Virus record (IMG/VR): IMGVR_UViG_3300001598_000053
Location: 1,029-65,028 of that record
Source: a virus
Length of the DNA: 64,000 nucleotides
Reading direction: 5' to 3' (one strand)
The notes under the pieces are model-generated. The model was not told where the DNA came from. It saw nothing but the letters and a program-made list of their open reading frames with translations, and made no database searches. The translations under genes were made by a program, and so were the position numbers. This document shows, piece by piece, positions 59,871 to 64,000 of the stretch. Position 1 is the first letter of the stretch, and the number at the start of each line of letters is the position of its first letter.

Positions 59871-59946
59871 GCCGCCTTAGCTCAATTGGCAGAGCAACGC
59901 ACTTGTAATGCGTAGGTTAATGGTTCGATTCCGTTAGGCGGCACCA
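59871..59946 (+). tRNA. tRNA-Thr (anticodon UGU)
   Basis: acceptor GCCGCCT/AGGCGGC, anticodon stem ACGCA/TGCGT loop CTTGTAA, T-loop GGTTCGATTCC, CCA. Confidence 0.85.
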
Positions 59947-60090
59947 TTCCAATGATTGCCGCTTGTTAGCGTGGAAACAGGAAAGTAGAGATAATAGCAA
60001 TCTTACCTAAATGCTAGGAAAATAGAGCTTATACTTATTTCTTAACAACTGACAAAATGAATAAAATTAGTTAAGCCAAGCATTCAATTT

Positions 60091-60166
60091 ACACCCGTAG
60101 CTCAGTAGGTTAGAGCAGGCTCCTTATAAGGGCAAGGTCGTTGGTTCAAATCCAACCAGGTGTACC
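60091..60166 (+). tRNA. tRNA, anticodon loop CTTATAA (UAU, Ile-AUA reading; assignment tentative)
   Basis: D-arm TAGCTCAGTAGGTTAGAGC, T-arm GTTGGTTCAAATCCAAC, acceptor ACACCCG/CAGGTGT, CCA. Confidence 0.65.
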
Positions 60167-60262
60167 AGTCGACAAGTATGAAGGTCGTTAAACACATACA
60201 CTAGAGCCTATACTTATTTCATTTTTATAGGAAAAAGCAAAAAATCAGTTAGGCCAATTTAT

Positions 60263-60338
60263 TGGGGTGTAGCCAAGTGGTAAGGCAACAGACTTTGACT
60301 CTGTCATTTCGCTGGTTCGATCCCAGCCACCCCAGCCA
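60263..60338 (+). tRNA. tRNA-Gln (anticodon UUG)
   Basis: acceptor TGGGGTG/CACCCCA, anticodon stem ACAGA/TCTGT loop CTTTGAC, T-arm GCTGGTTCGATCCCAGC, CCA. Confidence 0.8.
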
Positions 60339-60770
60339 TTGGAAGGAAAACCAATCAAACCAGTAAAGTTAAGGTGCTACAATAACTATTAGGCTTGACC
60401 AAGTGGTAGTTAAATGAAGTAAAAAGTTAACAGCCTTAGCTTAAATATCTTCTGAATAACACCTTAGCAAGTGGAACTAGATGTGGTATGATGCTGACCA
60501 ACCTCCTATATAAGAACCTTATAAGGCATTAGGACGACCACTACTGAAATTGACGCGAGATAAAACTGAGATGGTGTCTCGGGGTAAGAAGCAAAAACAG
60601 AAGGGAACTGTAAACCTGGTGATTCTCAGCCATATAAATGTGGAAGCTTTAGAATTAGGCAGTACTAGATAACACCATTAAGTTAGTAGCGACAAGGAAC
60701 CGTCGTGAAACCAATATAGGAACCTTGTAGAGGTCGAGAAGGCAAGTAAAATAAGACTTGGCCCTCAAAT

Positions 60771-61088
60771 GCGGGACTGGCGAAATAGGTAGACGCAAGG
60801 GACTTTATTCCAAAATTTTCAAAAAAGAGTGCCAGAAGAGAAATCTTCTGAGTAGAATCTGGCTAACTCGGTTAACATCCTAATCGGAATACATTAGGAC
60901 AATCCCGAACTAAATCAGCAACATGCTGTAAATGCGTAGAGAGCATAGACCAGACGCCTAAATCTAATTTGACATGGCGATAATGTGCTCCAGACTACAA
61001 CATCTTAGATGGCTATAGCAATATAGAGTAGTAGGAAACTCCCTCGGGCGATGAGCCCGTGCCGGTTCGAGTCCGGCGTCCCGCACCA
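60771..61088 (+). tRNA. tRNA-Leu (anticodon UAA) interrupted by ~230-nt intron (60806-61035) between anticodon positions 34 and 35
   Basis: 5' half GCGGGAC-TG-GCGAAATAGGTAGACGC-A-AGGGA-CTT; 3' half AAAC-TCCCT + long variable arm CGGGCGATGAGCCCG + T-arm GCCGGTTCGAGTCCGGC + GTCCCGC-A-CCA; acceptor and anticodon stems pair perfectly across the two halves. Confidence 0.75.
60806..61035 (+). ncRNA. candidate group I intron in tRNA-Leu(UAA) anticodon loop
   Basis: Follows U34 of 5' exon, ends with G before A35; no ORF; contains CAGACTA (P7/R-like); size like known tRNA-Leu(UAA) group I introns. Confidence 0.5.
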
Positions 61089-61294
61089 GCTGCCATGAAA
61101 GTAAGCACCTACACAATTAATTCTAGACGAAAGTGAAAGGCTGAAATCTGAAATAAACCAAATCAGTGCTATTTGGCCACGATTATTAGACGTGGATAGG
61201 ATACGTAGTGGATACCCTAGAATCAAGTTGCAACTTGACTAATATTAAAATACAAATATGCCGATAAGGCATATTTTTTAATTAGAGGCTATAT

Positions 61295-61678
61295 ATGCGA
61301 TATGTATGTTTTACTCTGCATAATAAACAATACGCAAATTGTCTTAAAGCAGTAGTTGACATGTTCTATAAAATATGTCCAAAAGGTTTATTCACAAATA
61401 CATATTTAACTAATGACTTCCTAAAAAACAGCAAGCAAATGTTCTGCGATTTATTATATGATATTATATATCTGCAGTATGAAATGTTTATGTTACATGC
61501 CAACAGCTTAGAGCTTGACTATGCTAATAGTAGCATAAGCAATTTAAAAACCTATATAGATAATAATTTTGATATGTTTTTAACTGATTGGTTTTGTGTT
61601 AAACCAGCAGGAAATAGCATATATTTAGATTTAGAAACTATTTGCTTTACTGGAAATCCTGTAATATATCTAGCTTAA
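61295..61678 (+). CDS. hypothetical protein
   Basis: ORF after tRNA cluster; SD AGAGG. Confidence 0.45.
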   Translation: MRYVCFTLHNKQYANCLKAVVDMFYKICPKGLFTNTYLTNDFLKNSKQMFCDLLYDIIYLQYEMFMLHANSLELDYANSSISNLKTYIDNNFDMFLTDWFCVKPAGNSIYLDLETICFTGNPVIYLA

Positions 61679-61886
61679 TTGTAGCACCACTTGATTGTGG
61701 TGCTTTTTATTTATCTGTATTGCACAAATTATTTGTATAGTTTGCACAAAAAATAAACAAACTAAAAAATTAAATTATAAAAATATTTTTTATATGTTCA
61801 AGCTAAAGTATTGTGAGTGGCGGATAAATCATACGCATGCTAGCTGCGATGTATTTGTTTGACTGCTTATTATATATATTTAAGGA

Positions 61887-62412
61887 GATTAAAATTATGG
61901 TTATTGATGGACACAATGTAGCTGGAAATGGCACAACCGCGCTTGGCATTATTGGAACTGTTTTAGGTGGAGCTGCACTCGCTATGAATGGAACAAACGG
62001 AGTATTAAATCTTACTGGAAGCCAAAATAAATCAGCAACCAGTTTTGAAAACACACCAACATGCATGCATGATTTAGATGTTGCAAGAGAGCTTGCTGAG
62101 AAAGACGCCAAGATTGCTAAGCTAGAATCAGATATGCATACTGATGCTGCAAAAGCTTCAATGAAAGACTATACAGACAGAGCAGTAATAGACGTGTATA
62201 GAGAACTTAAAGCAGACATCAATGGAATCAAATCTGATAACGCTGCAACTACAGCGGCACAAGCCGTTGTAAATGCAAATTTATCTGGTGCTATTACAAC
62301 TTTACAGGGACAAGTAACATCAACAGCGAGCTTGGTAGCAGGTATAACAAAGACAGCTGTTCCAAAATCAGCTATCTGCAATTTTGGCTGTAGCGGATGT
62401 GGAAATGACTAA
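61887..62412 (+). CDS. hypothetical protein (G/A/T-rich, C-terminal Cys cluster)
   Basis: SD AAGGAGA before ATG 61887. Confidence 0.55.
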
Positions 62413-62445
62413 TACTGATCATTGCTAAGAAAGAGTGGTCGTATT

Positions 62446-62883
62446 ATGAAATTTGCACAATATACTAATAGTTCAGTAGCAGCAACCGCTGCAAACCTAG
62501 CGCGGCCAATAGGAATATTGACACAGAAATGTATGTTTGATGGATGTAGCTATGCAACAATCACTTCTGGAACTTCTGGAGCAAACACAATAAGTATAAA
62601 TGAAGCGGGTAAGTATAGAATAACTTATGTTGCATCATTAGCAGCATCAGCTGCTGGCAATGTAGCCGTTTCCCTTAATGTGAATGGAAATACCGCCATG
62701 ACTTATTCTGACACTTCAGCAGCAATAGATGATTTTGTCACAGTAGTTATTGATTATGTTATTAGAGTGAGTGATAATTGCAGCTCAATCAGCAACAATC
62801 TACCTGCAAATATACAATTTGTCCTTGGGGCAGTCGGCGTTAATTCAGGCATATCAAATTTAATAATTGAAAAGATAGGATAA
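62446..62883 (+). CDS. hypothetical protein
   Basis: ORF, start ATG 62446. Confidence 0.5.
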   Translation: MKFAQYTNSSVAATAANLARPIGILTQKCMFDGCSYATITSGTSGANTISINEAGKYRITYVASLAASAAGNVAVSLNVNGNTAMTYSDTSAAIDDFVTVVIDYVIRVSDNCSSISNNLPANIQFVLGAVGVNSGISNLIIEKIG

Positions 62884-62896
62884 AAGGTTATAGCGT

Positions 62897-63226
62897 ATGA
62901 TAGCAACAATAGAACAAGTTCAGCGAGGAGTAAGTGCATTTGTAGAAAATGAAATAGGTAGACGTTCAATAGGCCTTATGAAATTCAGTGTCTATTTTAT
63001 GCTACCAGCGTTACCTAAGATAATACTAAATAAACTGCAGTCGTTATTAACTCTTCCTGGTTTTGATGATATTTTCGATAGTGCTGGTAATGTTCAATTA
63101 GACGCGGCCTATGCACGAGCAAAAGAAGCCATGAATAAAATAGGAAAATTAGAGCTATCTCAATATCATATTACAATGGAATCTGCAGATTTAGATACAC
63201 TTTACAATTATATAAAAAATGCATAA
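62897..63226 (+). CDS. hypothetical protein
   Basis: SD AAAAGG; ORF. Confidence 0.5.
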   Translation: MIATIEQVQRGVSAFVENEIGRRSIGLMKFSVYFMLPALPKIILNKLQSLLTLPGFDDIFDSAGNVQLDAAYARAKEAMNKIGKLELSQYHITMESADLDTLYNYIKNA

Positions 63227-63364
63227 ATACATTTCTGGGACAGATAATGTCCCAGTTTTTATTTTTCATGAAATATATTAAAAAAATTATTTTTATATTG
63301 TATAATATATTAGTTGATGAGTTAAAAATCAATAAATTATTAATTTATCAATAATTAGCAAAAA

Positions 63365-63385
63365 TTATTTGCTAAATTTAATAAG
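63365..63385 (+). promoter_or_regulatory. putative late promoter motif TTATTTGCTAAATTTAATAAG
   Basis: upstream of ORF 63427. Confidence 0.45.
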
Positions 63386-63426
63386 CACGCACGAGTGCAG
63401 TATTACTTAACAAAGGAGACGCTATT

Positions 63427-63612
63427 ATGGCTAAGTTTAACAGAATTAATTCACTTAATATGTCAGCAAACTACGATAATGCCGGTCGTGGATGTTTTAG
63501 TCATGCAGCAGAACCTAAATGGGAAGACGGCATTTCATATAGAAGAGATACATTCTCGCTCGAGACTGTTAGAATTTGTGATGAGAAGTTAGATCCAGAT
63601 ATATGTGGATAA
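63427..63612 (+). CDS. hypothetical small protein
   Basis: SD AAAGGAGA; late motif 63365-63385 upstream. Confidence 0.5.
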   Translation: MAKFNRINSLNMSANYDNAGRGCFSHAAEPKWEDGISYRRDTFSLETVRICDEKLDPDICG

Positions 63613-63688
63613 TCATACAATTATAACAATTTGATAACAGAACCGAGCGGAGATTGAAAAATCTTCGCTTTTATTTTTGTAACCGATT

Positions 63689-63762
63689 ACAGGCGTAGTT
63701 CAATGGCAGAACGCCACCTTGCCAAGGTGGTCATGCGAGTTCGATTCTCGTCGCCTGCTCCA
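63689..63762 (+). tRNA. tRNA-Gly (anticodon GCC)
   Basis: D-stem GTTC/GAAC, anticodon stem CCACC/GGTGG loop TTGCCAA, T-arm GCGAGTTCGATTCTCGT, acceptor (A)CAGGCG/CGCCTG(C), disc U, CCA. Confidence 0.75.
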
Positions 63763-63830
63763 TGGAAAATAAAAATTTTCCAAAAAAAATATTTACAATG
63801 CAAAAAACGCACTGTATAATATATAGTTGT

Positions 63831-63906
63831 GGAGCGTTGGTGTAGCGGTAAACATGCTTGCCTGTCACGCAAGAGATCACAGGTTCGAATCCCGTACGCT
63901 CCGCCA
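63831..63906 (+). tRNA. tRNA-Asp (anticodon GUC)
   Basis: acceptor GGAGCGT/ACGCTCC, anticodon stem CTTGC/GCAAG loop CTGTCAC, T-loop GGTTCGAATCC, CCA; own TTTACA-N17-TGTATAAT promoter 63793-63821. Confidence 0.85.
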
Positions 63907-63907
63907 C

Positions 63908-63957
63908 TTTGGGCCAGTAGCTCAACTGGGAGAGCGCGAATATAGCTAGTCCATTTG
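63908..63957 (+). other. tRNA-like 5' fragment (acceptor + D-arm identical to tRNA-Val D-arm) closing into a short helix; possibly another split/intron-containing tRNA truncated by window end
   Basis: GGGCCAG-TA-GCTCAACTGGGAGAGC then no T-arm before TTGGCCC. Confidence 0.25.
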
Positions 63958-64000
63958 GCCCCGTCGACAAGCGGTTAAGTCACCGCCCTTTCACGGCGGG

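Noticed and set aside
60091-60166. Assigning the third tRNA as tRNA-Met/Ile(CAU)
   Set aside because: Anticodon loop reads CTTATAA giving UAU; 27-43 pair is a G-A mismatch so the arm is slightly irregular, but CAU is not present.
59679-63906. Suppressor tRNA among the visible tRNAs
   Set aside because: Anticodons read as UAC, UGU, UAU, UUG, UAA, GCC, GUC; none pairs with UGA or UAG.

Overview
This window looks like a contiguous piece of a large, AT-rich (about 36% GC) tailed-phage genome from a low-GC Gram-positive host, judged by the strong GGAGG-type ribosome-binding sites. The host is probably an anaerobe or facultative anaerobe, because the phage carries the anaerobic ribonucleotide reductase NrdD/NrdG. 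Almost every gene is on the + strand.

The layout, start to end:
- 1-8.8 kb: a replication and nucleotide module with an SNF2 helicase, Dam methyltransferase and NrdD/NrdG.
- 8.8-30.2 kb: about 55 small early genes. Nearly every one is preceded by a near-consensus sigma-A promoter (TTTACA-N17-TGnTATAAT) whose -35 box sits in the loop of the preceding terminator hairpin.
- Three ORF-free islands inside that early block (20.2-21.0, 23.1-23.8, 25.9-26.5 kb). They carry long palindromes and a shared TAGTAAA/TTTACTA motif.
- 30.2-46 kb: nucleotide salvage and DNA metabolism. This includes a nucleoside deoxyribosyltransferase-like protein, NADAR, thymidine kinase, a HAD phosphatase, a DNA ligase split at a T6 run, an SPFH protein, dCMP deaminase and MazG.
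- 46-56 kb: late structural genes, including collagen-like, Big_2/GH29-fucosidase and repeat-containing tail fibres.
- 53.7 kb: a phage-encoded ribosomal protein bS21.
- 56-57.8 kb: a short island transcribed on the opposite strand.
- 57.8-59.5 kb: PhoH and a proteasome-like peptidase.
- 59.7-64 kb: a tRNA cluster. One gene, tRNA-Leu(UAA), is split by a roughly 230-nt intron at the canonical anticodon position.

The most unusual observations:
1. Four in-frame stop codons (three TGA, one TAG) interrupt otherwise continuous, homology-supported late structural ORFs, while early genes end normally. This suggests late-gene stop-codon recoding or readthrough.
2. A 336-bp stretch containing a whole 87-codon gene has no cytosine at all on the coding strand.
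3. The intron-containing tRNA, the phage bS21 and a recurring putative late-promoter motif, ATTTGCTAAATTA.
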